A stretch of DNA of 64,000 nt from Lytechinus pictus (taxonomy: Eukaryota). The stretch covers positions 23,810,001 to 23,874,000 of the forward strand of contig NC_087252.1 in NCBI RefSeq assembly GCF_037042905.1, in the 5' to 3' direction. The first letter of the stretch is position 1. Each line of letters opens with the position of its first letter. The notes beneath the pieces are model-generated. The model was not told the DNA's origin. It saw nothing but the letters and a program-made list of their open reading frames with translations, and made no database searches. Positions 24,640-38,955 of the stretch are shown here, one piece after another. Position numbers and translations under genes: made by a program.

Positions 24640-25980
24640 TTCTCCTTCTTCTTCTTCTTCTTTTTTGTTTTCTTCTTCTTCTTCTATTCTTCTCCATCAT
24701 CCTCTTCTTCATCCTCCTCCTCCTCTCCTTCTTCTTCTTCTTCATCATCTTCTTCCTCCTCCTCTTCTTCTTTGTCATCTTCTTAATCCTCCTCCTCTTC
24801 TTCTTCTTCTTCCTCTTCTTCTTCATCATCTTCTTCTTCCTTCTTCTCTTCTTCTTCTTCATCATCTTCTTCTTCCTCCTCCTCCTCTTCTTCTTCCTCC
24901 TCTTCTTCTCCTCTTCTTTGTCATCATCTTTTTTTTTGTCATCATCTTCTTCTTCTTCCTCCTGCTCTTCTTCTTCTTCTTCATCATCATCTTCTTCTTC
25001 CTCCTCCTCTTCTTCTTCCTCTTCTTCTACTTCTTTTTTTTTCTTCTTCTTCATCATCATCTTCTTCTTCCTCCTCCTCCTCTTCTTCTTCTTCTTCTTC
25101 TTCATCTTCTATCTTCTTCCTCTTCTTCTTCTTTTTCTTCTTTGTCATCATCTTCTTCTCCTTCCTCCTCTTCTTCTTCTTCCTTTTCTTTTTCTTCTTA
25201 TTCTTCTCCTTCTTCTTCCTCTTCTTCTTCATCATCATCTTCTTCTTCCTCTTCTTCTTTTTCTTCTTTGTCATCATCTTCTTCTTTTTCCTCCTCCTCT
25301 TTTTTTTTCTTCACCTTCTTCTTTCTCCTTCTTCTTTGTCTTCCTCTTCTTCTTATTCTTCGTCTTTTTCTTCTCCCTCCTCTTCTTCTCTGCTTTCTCC
25401 TTCTTATCATTCTCCTCTTTCTCATTTTATCTTCATTCTTCTTCTTTTCTTCTATCTTCTTCTTCGTCTATCTTCTGCCTTTTCCCCTAATCTTCCAGAT
25501 TCCTTCACACTTGCACCTGCTCTCTCCCTCTCCTTCATAATACTCCCCTACTCCTCATCATAACTCAGACTTTTACATATCTTCTGACATGGTCCACCCA
25601 CATTGGCTCGATGTTGTCCAAAACACAGGAAATTGATCCCAACTCCACATCTGGGAAGGTTCCAAAGAATGTTATTTATTCAAATTTTCAGACCATACTG
25701 GCAAGTTGGGGAAAAGTTTTGCAAATGTGTCCTTCTTTCTTCTTCTAATTCACTTCCATTTATGCTCTCCCCCTTCATCCTCCTCCTTCTTGTTCTTCTT
25801 TTTCTTTTTCTTTCTTCTTCTTCTTTGTCTCCCTCTTCTTTTTCTTCTCCCTCTTCTTTTTCTTCTCCTTCCTCTTCTTCTCCACTTTCTCCTTCCTATC
25901 CTTCTCCTCTTTCTCATTTTTTCTTCTTTATTCCTTCTTTCTTTTTCTTTTGCTTCTTCTCCTCCTACTCCCTTCTCCTT
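24640..25980. repeat. Long (CTT/CCT/CAT)n pyrimidine tract
   Basis: Seen directly; briefly interrupted at about 25560-25740; source of the poly-S/K/E ORFs. Confidence 0.9.
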
Positions 25981-27246
25981 CATATCCCATTTCATATAGT
26001 CTTGACAAATATTTATGACTAAATAAGTATCACATTAGAGCTTACACATTAAGTCTCACAAAGTCAGGCACTAACAACTTGACGTAAAAACACACACTAG
26101 TTCAAACAGTCAATATCTGAGGTACATGTATGACCTAACAGATAGGATGGCATGACCTAACAGATAGGATGGCATGCCCCTGATATTTCCCTGCTTAGAC
26201 TCATTCACACAAAATAACATTTCTGCAAAGCATTGTACTTTTTATTGTTTGCTGTACATATCAAATAATGGTACCTTGTACTTCAAAAGCACACAAACCA
26301 AACATAAATTCCCAGCATCCTATTCTATCCAACACTCATACCTCACATGGAAACTGGCCAATCATCATTCAGCAAGGAAAACCTTTAGACTCACAAGCCA
26401 ATCACTGGGGTGCATGGGGGAAAACTTACAGCTGTTTCAACCAATCAGAATAACCCTTAGTCTGTAGACACACACATCCACACACACATCCATGTGATAT
26501 GTACAGTATTATAGTCCATACATATTCCCACACATACACAGAATTTCTCGATCTACATATGAGTGAGAAAATCTTAGTGGCACACACACTCGGAATCATT
26601 TGTATTAGTGTATAACATAGTGTTTCTTTTACAAAAATATGTTCTTTCTTCATATGCCTCCTATCAATAAAGTATTTATTATTTTGAATTCTATGTGCTG
26701 CTGGTCAATTTTTATTTGTATTACATACTAATAAACAAATAATGTTATTTCATTTTTGTTCTATTTGAACTGTAATGTCATTGTCCTCATAACTGGTACT
26801 TTTGTTTTATCCTGAGTTTAACCTATTATGCACATCAGTGCTCTTGTTAATTTTTTTATCCCACTTCCATTCACCCTTGTCCTCATCCCTATCCCTTTCA
26901 CTCTTGCTCTCTCCTTCTCACTTGCATATTTATATATCTACCTATTTATCTCTTGTTTTATTTATCTACCTGTCTAACAATATTCCGATCAAAACATTTA
27001 CCTATTTACATATCATTTTCTTAACATTACAATGTAGAGTAGATTGTTCCTAGAGTGTATACTGAAACTTGTCCCAGAAATGAAAGAAAGCAATAATTAT
27101 GCTGTTTTTTCCTGTCCATTGTTCTCAATAATCAACCAATCCATCCCCCCTCTATGTCTCTCTCTCTCTCTCTTTCCTAGCCATTTCCTTGCTCTCCTTA
27201 CTGACCCCAGCCCATTTCCCCTACCACCCACTCCCCCTTGACTCAC

Positions 27247-27345
27247 CCAGTCTCAGTTGACAGAACACACCACCGATACCGGCAGGGCATATGCACAGTC
27301 CCCTGTCGCAGGTCCCTCCGTTCAGGCAGCCAGGCTGGCACGTAT
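27247..27345 (-). CDS. Exon 9: short EGF-like domain
   Basis: cag|ATACG...CTGG|gtgagt; (D)TCQPGCLNGGTCDRGLCICPAGIGGVFCQLRL; 99 nt. Confidence 0.95.
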
Positions 27346-27404
27346 CTGGGAAGGGAGGAAAACAATTCATATCCTGAATTAGCAACCATTCAAAGTGACT
27401 CCAC

Positions 27405-28345
27405 TTGAACTCTGCTCTGGTGAGAGCAACTCCTCCTACTTTCCATTTTGTGCAAATGGGAGGAGGGATTCTGGAGTACAAGGTGGAAGGATGTGTCATT
27501 ATGTCTTGCGTCTTTCTGTACAAAACATTTGGAAATAGGCATACTAGTTTTTCTTGATATTTTTCTTGAACTCTGCTCTGGAGGGATCAACTCCTCCTAC
27601 TTTCCATTTTGTGCAAACGTGAGGAGAGATACCGGCGGCGCAAAAGGTAGAAAGATGTGACATCATCTCTCACGTCTGTCTTAAACATTTAGAGGACAAA
27701 CAAGTCTACAGAAGGCATACTGGTTTATCTTAATATTTTTTTCCTGAACTCTGCTCTGGTGGGATCAACTCCTACTTTCCATTTTGTGCAAACGTGAGGA
27801 GAGATACCGGTGCGAGAGGTAGAAAGATGTGTCATCGTCTCTCATGTTTGTCTTAAACATTTGTTTGTCTTAAACATTTGGTGGAGGACAAACAAGTCTT
27901 ACAGAAGGCATACTAGTTTTTCTTAATATTCTTCTTAAAATCTGCTCTGATGGGAACAACTCCTACTCTCCATTTTTTGCAAACGTGAGGAGGGATGCCA
28001 GTGCAAGAGGTAGAAAGATGTGTCATCATCTCTCTCGTCTGTCTTAAAAATTTGGAGGATAAACAAATCTACAGAATGTATACTAGTTTTTCTTGATATA
28101 TCCTGAACTGTGCTCTGGTAGAAGCAACTCCTCTGCTTTTAATTTTGTGCAACCATGAAGAGGGATACCTGTTCAAGAGGTAGAAAAATTTGCTCTTATG
28201 GCTTGCATTGTTCCGTACAAACCATTTGGAAATAGTCTTAAATGTCCACAGAACGCATACCAGTTTTTCTTGACATCTTTCTTGAATTCTGCTCCTCCAT
28301 CAAAAACTTCTTCTGCTTTCCATTTTTGCAATCGTGAGGGATAAT
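27405..28345. repeat. Diverged tandem repeat, about 160-190 bp unit, about 6 copies
   Basis: gaactctgctctgg...caactcct...ccattttgtgcaaac recurs near 27406, 27567, 27745, 27937, 28103 and 28283. Confidence 0.85.
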
Positions 28346-28717
28346 AAAACAATACCTGGTTAAGATACACATCTGTTAACACTCCAAACTTTCTGTTTAG
28401 TGTTTTATCAAGAAGAGCGGAAGTATTCAAAATGTTGTTCCTCTCAACTGCATCACGATACAACCACATAACTTATTGTACAATAAAGTGATTTTCATTT
28501 CATAAGCAATCTGCTTCGGAATCAGATAACCCCGTTTTCGACCCAACCTCAGATGGCATGTTAAATACATTGGAAAAAGTATTTGGACTCTTTCCACTGG
28601 TCAGCAAATGTTTTTAGTGAAATTTGAAGGAATCTCTGTGCTTGGAAAATTACTTGTTGCCATGACACTACTTGATCTGACGTGGACTACCAACTTATTG
28701 TCTGTGCTTCATTGATA

Positions 28718-31700
28718 TAGTAGAGCGGATTAGCCGAACAATTGTGCAAATTTTGACTAAAGCATGAAACTTTCACAAGTATAAGTATATGACGTAAGAT
28801 TTATTTTAAAGATGGGAGGTAAATTTTAAAATGCCATTTTCGGCCGTTGCCATGGCAACGGATTAATTTCTCAAAAATGACATACATTCCCATGTAAATG
28901 GTAAATAAACATGATATAGATGACCAAAATGATAATTTTCAAGTTCCCAATTGAATATATATAAAATTTAGAAACATTCAAAATTAACAAGATAGTTCCA
29001 ATTGGTCCGTTGCCATGGCAACGACTTGTTTTTCCCCAGAAAAATAAAAATATTGATTAAAAAAACGTTGTAGAATAGGATTTATCTTTAATTTCCCCTA
29101 ATTTTATAGTGTTGAACAATAATATTTTGGTAGCTCAATGTATAAACTACATCTCAAGCCATTGCCATGGCAACCAAATAACATCAATTTACAAAAATAA
29201 CATGGTTAACAAGACAATGGAGACAGTTGGAAAATACAACTGGAAATGACTTAATCTGTATGCTTAAATTTTGACCCCCTCATTTGAACAAAAAATACAG
29301 AAAGTGTTCTGCAGGAGTTCTTTATAAAGATAAAACATTATGTTGCCTTGGTAATGCTTGAATTAAATAAAAGAACGAATGTTGCAAAGATCCCGTTGCC
29401 ATGGCAACAGCATATTTCCCTCTAGAAGGTAAAAATATTGATAAAAATGTAGAATACATGTATGATCATCATTCCATTTTCAATATTTTTAAGGAACTAA
29501 TAAAAATATGTTTGTGACTGCATTTATAAATATAACATCTTAAGCGATTGCCATGGCAACCAGATAACATCTAATTAAAAAAAAATCAATGACAGGGATG
29601 ACAGGGTTATGGATAGGTGAAAAATCCAATGAAAATTAACTTATGTAAATGCATAAGTTTTGACCTACTCAATTAATTTAGGGGAAACAGTATACAGTGA
29701 TTGTTCTGCATGAACTAATTAGAATGATAAACATTGATGTTACCTTAGTATCACTTGAATTCAACGATAAATATCAATGTTGCATATGACATGTTGCCAT
29801 AGCAACGGCTCATTTACGCAAAAAAAGTTCTAGTTTTGATTAGAAAAAGGACTTTGGACTCTGATTTTTCTTTCATTTCCCCTAATTTTATGGTAAGAAT
29901 TGATATGTTTGCTGTTAACATACAAACAATATCTGAAGCCATTGTCATGGCAACCAAATTACATCTAATTTGAAAAAAAAATAACATGGTTGACAACACA
30001 ATGGACAGGTGGAAAATACAATTAGAATTGACTTAATCTGTATGCTTAACTTTTGACCCCCTCATTTGAACAAAAAGTACTTAAAATGTTCTGCAGGAGT
30101 TCTTTATAAAGATAAGAACTTATGTTGCCTTGGTAACGCTTGGATTTAATTCTTTTAAAAATGTTACAAAGGGCCCGTTGCCATGGCAACAGCTTATTTC
30201 CCTCTAGAAAGGTAAAAATATTGATAAGAATGTAGAATACAGACATGTATGATCATCTTTCCATTTTCAATAATTTTAAGGTACTAATCGAGATATATTT
30301 GTGACTAAATTTATAAATATAACATCTTAAGCCATTGCCATGGCAAACAGATAACATCTAATTAAAAAAAAAAAAACATGGATGACAAGGATATGGACAG
30401 GTGAAAAATACAATGAAAATTCACTTGATGTGCATCACTGTATGTATCAGGATTGACCTCAATTAATCTAGGGGAAACAATACAATGAGTGTTCTGCATG
30501 AACTAATTAGAATGATAAACATTGATGTTGCCTTGGTAATACTTGAATTCGATAAACATCAACGTTGCAAATGACCTGTTGCCATAGCAACTACTCATTT
30601 CCCCAAGAAAAGTACCAGTTTTGATCAGAAAATCTGTAGAATCTGATTTTTTCCTTTCATTTCCCCTATTTTTAGGGTAAGAATGGATATGTTTCCTGTT
30701 AACATTCAAATTACATCTTAAGCCATTGTCATGGCAACCAAATGACATCTAATTTGAAAAAAAATAACATGGTCGACATGATAATGGACGGGTGGAAAAT
30801 GCAATCTATTAACTCAAGGTTTGACCCAGTCAATTAATTTTGAACAAAGATTACAGTGGTTCGCATTAGTTCATTAGAATGATAAAATTTGAGGTTGCCT
30901 TGGTAATGCTTGAATTTAATGATAAATATCACTGTTACATATAGCCCGTTGCCATGGCAATGACTCTTTTTTTCCCGAATAAAGTACCAAATTTGATCGA
31001 AAAACAGTTTAGAATCTACATTTTGTCATAAATTTCCCCTTATTTTAGAGTGCAAAGCATTATGTTTGCTGTTGATATACAAATAACTTATGCCATTGCC
31101 ATGACATAGTCACAATCATATTTCGATTAGTACCTTAAAAATATTGAAAATGGAATGATGATCATACATGTATTCTATATTTTTATCAATATTTTTACCT
31201 TTCTAGAGGGAAATAAGCTGTTGCCATGGCAACGGGATCTTTGCAACATTCGTTTTTTTAAATTTAATTCAAGCATTACCAAGGCAACATAATGTTTTAT
31301 CTTTATAAAGAACTCCTGCAGAGCACTTTCTGTATTTTTTGTTCAAATGAGGGGGTCAAAACTTAAGCATACAGATTAAGTCATTTCCAGTTGTATTTTC
31401 CACCTGTCCATTGTCTTGTTAACCATGTTATTTTTGTAAATTGATGTTATTTGGTTGCCATGGCAATGACTTGAGATGTAGTTTATACATTGAGCAACCA
31501 AAATATCATTGTTCAACACTGTAAAATTAGGGGAAATTAAAGATAAATCCTATTCTACAACGTTTTTTTAATCAATTTTTTTATTTTTCTGGGGAAAAAC
31601 AAGTCGTTGCCATGGCAACGGACCAATTGGAACTATCTTGTTAATTTTGAATGTTTCTAAATTTTATATATATTCAATTGGGAACTTGAAAATTATCATT

Positions 31701-31920
31701 TTGGTCATCTATATCATGTCTATTTACCATTTACATGGGAATGTATGTCATTTTTTATAAATTAATCCGTTGCCATGGCAACGGCCGAAAATGGCATTTT
31801 AAAATTTACCTCCCACCTTTAAAATAAATCTTACGGCATATACTAATACTTGTGAAAGTTTCATGCTTTAGTCAAAATTTGCACAATTGTTGTGATTTTT
31901 GGAGCTAATCCGCTCTACTA
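28718..31920. mobile_element. Non-autonomous foldback DNA transposon, Academ-like, 3.2 kb
   Basis: ata|TAGTAGAGCGGATTAGC ... GCTAATCCGCTCTACTA|ata: TAG/CTA termini, 3-bp target duplication, inverted arms of about 800 bp and internal subrepeats of about 390 bp. Confidence 0.85.
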
Positions 31921-33835
31921 ATACATCTATCTTGAACGATTTGTATAAGAACAGTTTCACCAAGAGGACCAAAGTATTATTGAATTGCATGGTATACATA
32001 AAGGTGAGTGGTACTAAATTCCAATTATAATACGATTGGTAGTAGATTAAGAGCATATTAATTTGGTGTACTATGAATTATGCACAAACGTATACACAAT
32101 CAACCAACATATCAATAAACATTTGAACTAGAATTATAGTGAGTTACAAAGACTTTGAGTAATACCCAGATTTATCTATCTCAATTATCCTTGTACCAAA
32201 CAAAGTATTTAGAATTGTTCTGGATATCCATAATATCTTACCAAGAACTTTCACTTTAATACATATTACTTCAGGGGTGGGTATCTCCAGAAAAAGTTAG
32301 GTATTTCAAAGCAAGGTGGGAATACTGCAAAAAAGTTGTAAATACTGGGAAGTACTTAACATGTACCTGACAGTGAAATACATTGAAACGCTAGAATATG
32401 CTTAAGAAACACCTGGGCATAACGTGCAAATATTCCAGAAGTATATTCCAAACTCTTTCCCCCATTTTCTCAAAAATTATTGAGGCAGTATGTACTGCCA
32501 GTATTTCTCTCCCTGGCAAACTCTAGCTCCAACTAGTACATGTACACCAGGGGGGCTGTTCATAAGTGAACTTGAATTTTATTATCCAAAATCAAATCAC
32601 AGCATAGAAATCATACATCAAATGAGTATAATGAAATATAATAGTTTACAGGATAATAGGAACCAGAAAATAGCATGAATGCTAGTCGGGTCTGGTACCT
32701 TTAAATGCTCAAATACAAAATAGTTGTCGTGTAGAAGAAAAACAAGATTAATGAATTATTAGAGTGATTTTAAGATAAGGATCTGTTTAAGAACTGTTGA
32801 TCCTTTCTTGAGGCAAATGATATTCGCCATTAAATGTTCACTGGTGATTATTTAGCGCATAAAAAAGGATCACCAGCCGTTCTTAAAGTCGCCCTGAACT
32901 TACGAACAGCTTTATGAAACACCCACCAGGAATAGCATGATTAACAAGTCAGGATTATGGGGTCCTCATTGTCTGGAATCCAGGACTAGACTATTAACAC
33001 ATAGCTAATGACACAACACTCAAAGTTATGCTTGAAAAAATCTAATTTATGACTTAAAACACATATTACCACTTTAGTCATCATGTTGCTTTTCTTTTCA
33101 TTTGACTGCTTACAGATATTTGTGATGTTTCTTGTATATTTTTTGTATATTTGTAACAATCCAGTACAAACCCGATTTCTGTGTAATGTTCACAGAGATC
33201 AAATTACAGATTTCATACGTGAATCTCATATTCTGTATATTAGCTCGTTAACATATCATGAGATGCCTCAAAAAGAAGATGCTAAAAACAAAATATTATT
33301 TTTACCAAAAAAAATTATGGACAACATGGTATCCAAACAATAAATTTCAGGAAACTCATAGAAAGACAGCAAACTTTGAATTATTTTTATGAAAACTTGT
33401 TGAACAAACAATGTGTGCATTATTGTTTTTCACAAATCAATAAACATAACATTATCACAAGATGTTTCATAATTCATACCACCTATCTACAGCAAGAATG
33501 AAAAAAAATCAGACTCCTTGCTGTGTAAGTAGTGCAAGAACAACATAATCATAATGTAGGGTCATATGGGTTCACATCAAGCCACTTCGAAAATATCTGC
33601 ATGTACACGACAAGAATTTCAGACTTAAAGGACAAATTTACCAACAAAATTATTTATTCTATATTTCATATTTTACCTTGTTACAGCTAGCAGAAGGGAT
33701 TTATTTAATTGGTCTGTATTTAGTCTTATGGACTGATTTACCCTTTGCCTACTTATTATTTTGCATTTTATCAAATGAAAATTTGATTCATAAAAAGGTT
33801 GTTTAATCATATATACACAGTGGTAGGTTTATTTT

Positions 33836-34405
33836 CAATTGGTCAAATGCCAATTAGTCCAATTGTCAACTTATATACTATCATTTGGACTACCATCAGT
33901 TCGTCCACTATCCACATGGTCTAACTGCCATTTCGTCCACTCACCATTTCGTCTAATAACCATTTGGTCCAATTGCCATTCAGTCCATACACCATTAGTC
34001 TAATTGGACTAAGTATTAATCGAGCAATATTAATGAAAAGGAAACGGGTATTAGACCAACTGGTTATGAGATGAAATAGTCATAGACAGACTGGTGAATA
34101 GATGAAGTGATGATTGGACTAAATCGTTATTGGGCCAAATTCTTCTTAGAAGAAATGTTGTCAGACAGAATGACATTAGACTAAATGAAGATAGACCATG
34201 TGATTAGTGGACGAGTTTGGAGTTAGACCAGGTGGATATAAGAAGAAAATAGGTATAGCCAAACTGGAAATCATGAAGAAAAAATATTATAAATTGGCGA
34301 AATGGCAATATGATCATATGAAAACTACACAAATTGGTTGTAATGGAACTTGGACGAAACCATGTGGGTTGAGACCAAACGGAAAGCAGACAAATTGGGT
34401 GTAAA
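33836..34405. repeat. Element built from short inverted-orientation subrepeats (foldback MITE-like)
   Basis: Many ttagtcca/tcgtcca motifs on the left and ttagac/tggac motifs on the right. Confidence 0.55.
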
Positions 34406-36030
34406 GTAGTAATTTATTATTTGAAAAGCTTTTGAAAATAATTTGAACCTGATGAGTAGTAAAGGAGACAGGGGTAATATGATTATCCATCAGACTAGAC
34501 CACAAGCCGAGAGAAATCAAAAGTAATATAGTTTTCAGAATTTAGCCACAGCACATTTTTCTGTGGTCAGAAAGCCAGACTTTACTCAGTTAAGATGTCT
34601 GATTTCATCCTGCCCCCTCTCTACTTTTCTATTCATTTTCATGATTTCATGAATTTAATGTATCAGTCTCCCCCTCTCTCCCTGTGACAACGTCCCCTCT
34701 TTACCTTTATTGCACCCCCCCCCCCCCCCCCGACAATTGCTACCTCCTAAATCTGAATAGGTCTACCCCGTTCACTTCAGTGTCCCCTTGCCTTCTATTC
34801 TCCCTTTCCAATTTAGTCTCTCCCCTCTCCCCCTCTCTTTCTCTCTCTTAACCTTCAAATTTCCTTCTATGTATTTCACTATATCCTCCAACCAAAGTCA
34901 GTATAATCTTCTCAGTAAAAACGTCTCTACCCTTCCTAAACTTTTCTCGTCTAACCCTCTTTTCCTCCTCTCTAATATTTTGTACTCTTTCCTCCTCTTC
35001 TGTATCCATTTCCTTAAAGCAGATACGAACCAATAGCGCCATCTTGGGTCCTCAACTACTCATACCTGGCCAGTTCCTGACCCATAATGCTAGTGTAGTC
35101 TAGTAATATAGACCCACTTGAATGATAACATGTTAATTAACTACTCAATGCATTTATACCGCAATAATTATGTTACCAAGTAGCAAAACAATTACTTTTC
35201 CTCTCAAAACATTTTAGTTACTTCATACAAGTACAATTATGGGTTGATTTATTCTCTGTAGTATTAGTAGATACCTGAAAATGTATATTTTAAGACTATG
35301 TATTTATAACACACAATCAATGAGAGACAACACACAGTTCAATCCTCCTTTAACATGTACTAGTACTTCAAGATCATCTATATCAAGATGTATACAGTAT
35401 GTCTCAACCTTAGAAAATGCTATTTTGCCATACACCTCCCATGATTTATCCCTCTCCCTCTAACCCCCCCCCCCCCCTCTCTCTCTCTCCTTAATGTAAT
35501 TCACAAATAGAATGATAACTTTTCAATCATTGTTCATCCCTTAACTACCAATCTTTTTACTTGTGTACCAGACCTGCCAACCTTATACAACAACAACAAA
35601 ATTCTTAGAACGAAAAAAAATGACAAAAAAGAGTATTTTTAACAATTTTTCTCAACATAACAATCACCAGCCTGTTGTAGTGAGATCGGTGAAAAAAACT
35701 GTGAAATGACTCTACTTGAAAACTTGATAATTCACCATTTAATCATGTGCTTGTCGGCAAGAATTTACTTGTTCTTTTCATGCAACAAGTTACTGGCCCA
35801 ACGGTGATTTTCACCGGTCTGGGACCGTCGGACCAGCACTCGTGTCGCGCGCGGTATATATATTACATACTCCATGTTTGGAAAAAAAAATTAAAGTAAC
35901 AAATCATACAAAAAGGTATTGTAATATTTATAGCAAAATAGAGGAACAATACTCTAAAAAGGGAAAAATTTGCATGTCTGGTGTACCAAACCTACATGTA
36001 TAATCTCTCACTCTTTTTCAATATAAATAG

Positions 36031-36836
36031 GGCTGCGTTTATGCGACCTCAAGCCAGAATCATGATTTGAATCATGATTTGAATCATGATTCAAAACACA
36101 AACATGAATCACAATATCACAGAATCAGCGTTTAGACGACCTTCATTCCAATGCTGTTTCTCCTCAGATTCGGGCCAATCCAGTGCGCATCACTGGTGCG
36201 CAGTTTGACAGAGGAAGTTTTTCGCACGTGTTTCGGCTCTCGAAAAATCTTTTGCTTCCAGAATTCAGTCTATACCTCATTTTGTTTACTTCTATCATAT
36301 AGGGTCCATATGCTTCTATTCATCTTGTTAGTTTATCCAAAATGGTGTTCGGAAGTGAATTTCAGCGTAGATCCAATTTAGTATTGATACTGTATACTCA
36401 ACAACTGAGATCATTGTCTGTCCAGTTAATTCATTTACTAGAACTTGAAGTTGAAGACATGACCAAAAAATGAAAAGTAGTGGACGATGCGATGACCAAC
36501 ACAGAGCTTGAACATGACAAGAAATGCATGCGTAGTACATATTCATGTACATACAGCGCCTTGAGCTAGGCAAGAGTCAAACCGAAAGTAGCCCGACACA
36601 ACAGTGAGGTCATATAATCATGATTCAAATCACGATATCGTTTATTCGAACATTTTCGTACGTGATTCTGCAGAAACGTCTTTCCAAACGCCCCTTTTTT
36701 CGTGTTTCATGTTTGTGATTCTAATCATGATTATATTCAATTTCGACTAAACGCAATCATGATTCTGCGGAATCATGATTTGAATCATGATTCAGATCAT
36801 GATTCTAGGGTAAAAACGTGGCGGATAAATGCACCC
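36031..36836. mobile_element. PIF/Harbinger-like MITE
   Basis: tag|GGCTGCGTTTAT ... ATAAATGCACCC|tag; subterminal aatcatgatt repeats at both ends. Confidence 0.75.
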
Positions 36837-37738
36837 TAGATATACATGGGTTAGGTTGCCATGTCTAGGTCATATCCCATTTGAATCTTCTTTACTAAGA
36901 AAATGTCCTTCAGCTTGAAATTCTATGCTACCATACTCGAACAATAAGTTACCACATTAATATCATGTTTTGAGGTTTTCACCCACAAAAACAAGGTTTT
37001 CCTTTTTTTTTCCATAAAAACAACCCCTCCATCTGGTTAGAAATTAATGAGCTTGAATGTATTTGGCATTTAGGATGTTTTCTACGAGAGCAGAAACACA
37101 TAAAGAAATTTACTTTACATCTGCTCACATATGACATAAAAAAAACAATACTTCTCTTTTTCTTTGATTTTCATTAAACCCTGACCACATATTCTATCTA
37201 ATTTTTCCTATTAATAGTATTCATTATTCAAAATATTTCTATAATCACATTTGTCAAAAAAATGTTAGAAGTTTTACTTTACTTCTTGAAATTTTTGACA
37301 TTTGCAATGAGACAATAAAAACTTGTTTTAAAGGGATGAAACATGAATCAGTTCAGGTGGAGAGTCAAACACAGTTGATGTGACATAATCTTGAAATATT
37401 TGGATTCATTCAAACAGGAAATTTGGCAATTTGCTTAGTTTTACTCTCAAAAAAATTTCCTCTTTGAAATATGTATAACCTTGGAATGAAATACAGACTC
37501 ACCTGCAGATCATGATTTGTGTTTTTTTTTTGGGGGGGGGGGGCTGTCATGAAAAAAAATTGTCAACATACCAAAAATGTGTCACCTCATGGAATATTAC
37601 CTCAGAAGTGTTCTATGTCTGATTCAAATTATTCAATGAGTTAGAATATGGACATATTTCTATATACACGAACATAATAACAGGCATGCTTACACGTTGG
37701 GGAAATGCATATATTATTTCAAACACATTTTCAAAAAT

Positions 37739-38013
37739 CTGGGCCCCATTTTACAAAGAGTTACAATTGATCTGATCATCGTAACTCTATGGAAATCCTT
37801 CAGTGTCATAATTTTTTCTTCAGGAAATATACACAATGTCCTTTGTAAACAAAAACGAGCACAGTCAATTTTCCAGAAAGCAATGAATGCATGAATATAC
37901 ATCATTTCTAGAAAATATTTTGAACAAACATGCATTTTATATGTTGACTTTGCTGGCTATCCATAGTTGCGATTGATCGGATCATTCGCAACTCTTTGTA
38001 AGACGGGGCCCTG
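37739..38013. mobile_element. About 270-bp MITE family (copy 2)
   Basis: gggccccattttacaaagagtt ... aactctttgtaagacggggccc TIRs. Confidence 0.8.
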
Positions 38014-38328
38014 TTCTTATCCTCTATATCCTGCAAAGATGTTTTCAACATGTTTTTTTTATAAAGTTTCTTTATCAAAGAACAAATGATATGTAATATG
38101 AAGACAAAATATTCATTTAGACAATGAAACTGACAGATTTTAAAATGCATTGGTTGTCATAAGTGGATCAGATCAAATCTTTGTACAAAATATAAACTGA
38201 TTCTCATTCTTATGCCCAATGTTTCTATTTTATATGGAACATGGCAATATTAAACACAATATTTTACAGAGCAATATCATAGATTGTAGCTATGTCTCTC
38301 CCACAAAAACAAGGAACTTAGTATAACA

Positions 38329-38756
38329 GCCTTAAAAACAGACCAGCTTTTTGACATGCACTCATTGGAGTAAGATCGCATGAATGACTAGAACGCTAGA
38401 GCAAGACAATATGTAATAGAACCGAAAGAGACAATGGACACTAGACAGCGAGCTGTGATTGGCTGTCAAGGTAAACGACTAGTACCAGCCGTAAATTGAC
38501 GATGCAACTAAAATAATGCAACTGTTCTTATGAACTCCTTCTGGCGGCACAGAATCGGGTCCGTTGGCTGGAATATGCTGCCTCGAAGTGAGTGAAACTT
38601 TGTTTACCTTGACAGCCAATCACAGCTCACCATTTAGCATCCATTGTCTCTTTCGGTTCTATTATATATTGTCTAGCTCTAGCGTTCTAGTCATTCATGC
38701 GATTTTACTCCGATGAGTGCATGTCGAAAAGCTTCAGTATCTCTGTTTTTAAGGCT
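38329..38756. mobile_element. MITE with long TIRs (about 150 bp)
   Basis: Left arm 38329-38476 is the reverse complement of about 38602-38756. Confidence 0.8.
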
Positions 38757-38853
38757 TTTTTACGATTTTGCGGTACCAAACACTTATTCATTTACTTGAA
38801 GAGTAGATGACATAAATTCTTATTATGCTAATAATTGGTGTGACCTTATTTAC

Positions 38854-38955
38854 CTTCTATTTCACAGAATGCCCCATCATACCCCTGCTGACAGATACAG
38901 ACTCCTCCAGCACACTGGCCACCATTGATACACTCCGGAAGACACTCTGATAGCG
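38854..38955 (-). CDS. Exon 8: short EGF-like domain (not in ORF track)
   Basis: cag|CGCTA...GAAG|gtaaat; (P)LSECLPECINGGQCAGGVCICQQGYDGAFCEIE; 102 nt, phase 1-1. Confidence 0.93.

Noticed and set aside
24592..26022. Long low-complexity ORFs up to 291 aa
   Set aside because: Simple-repeat translations.
28173..28469. 98-aa ORF as a nested gene
   Set aside because: Overlaps a degenerate tandem repeat and has no recognisable motif.
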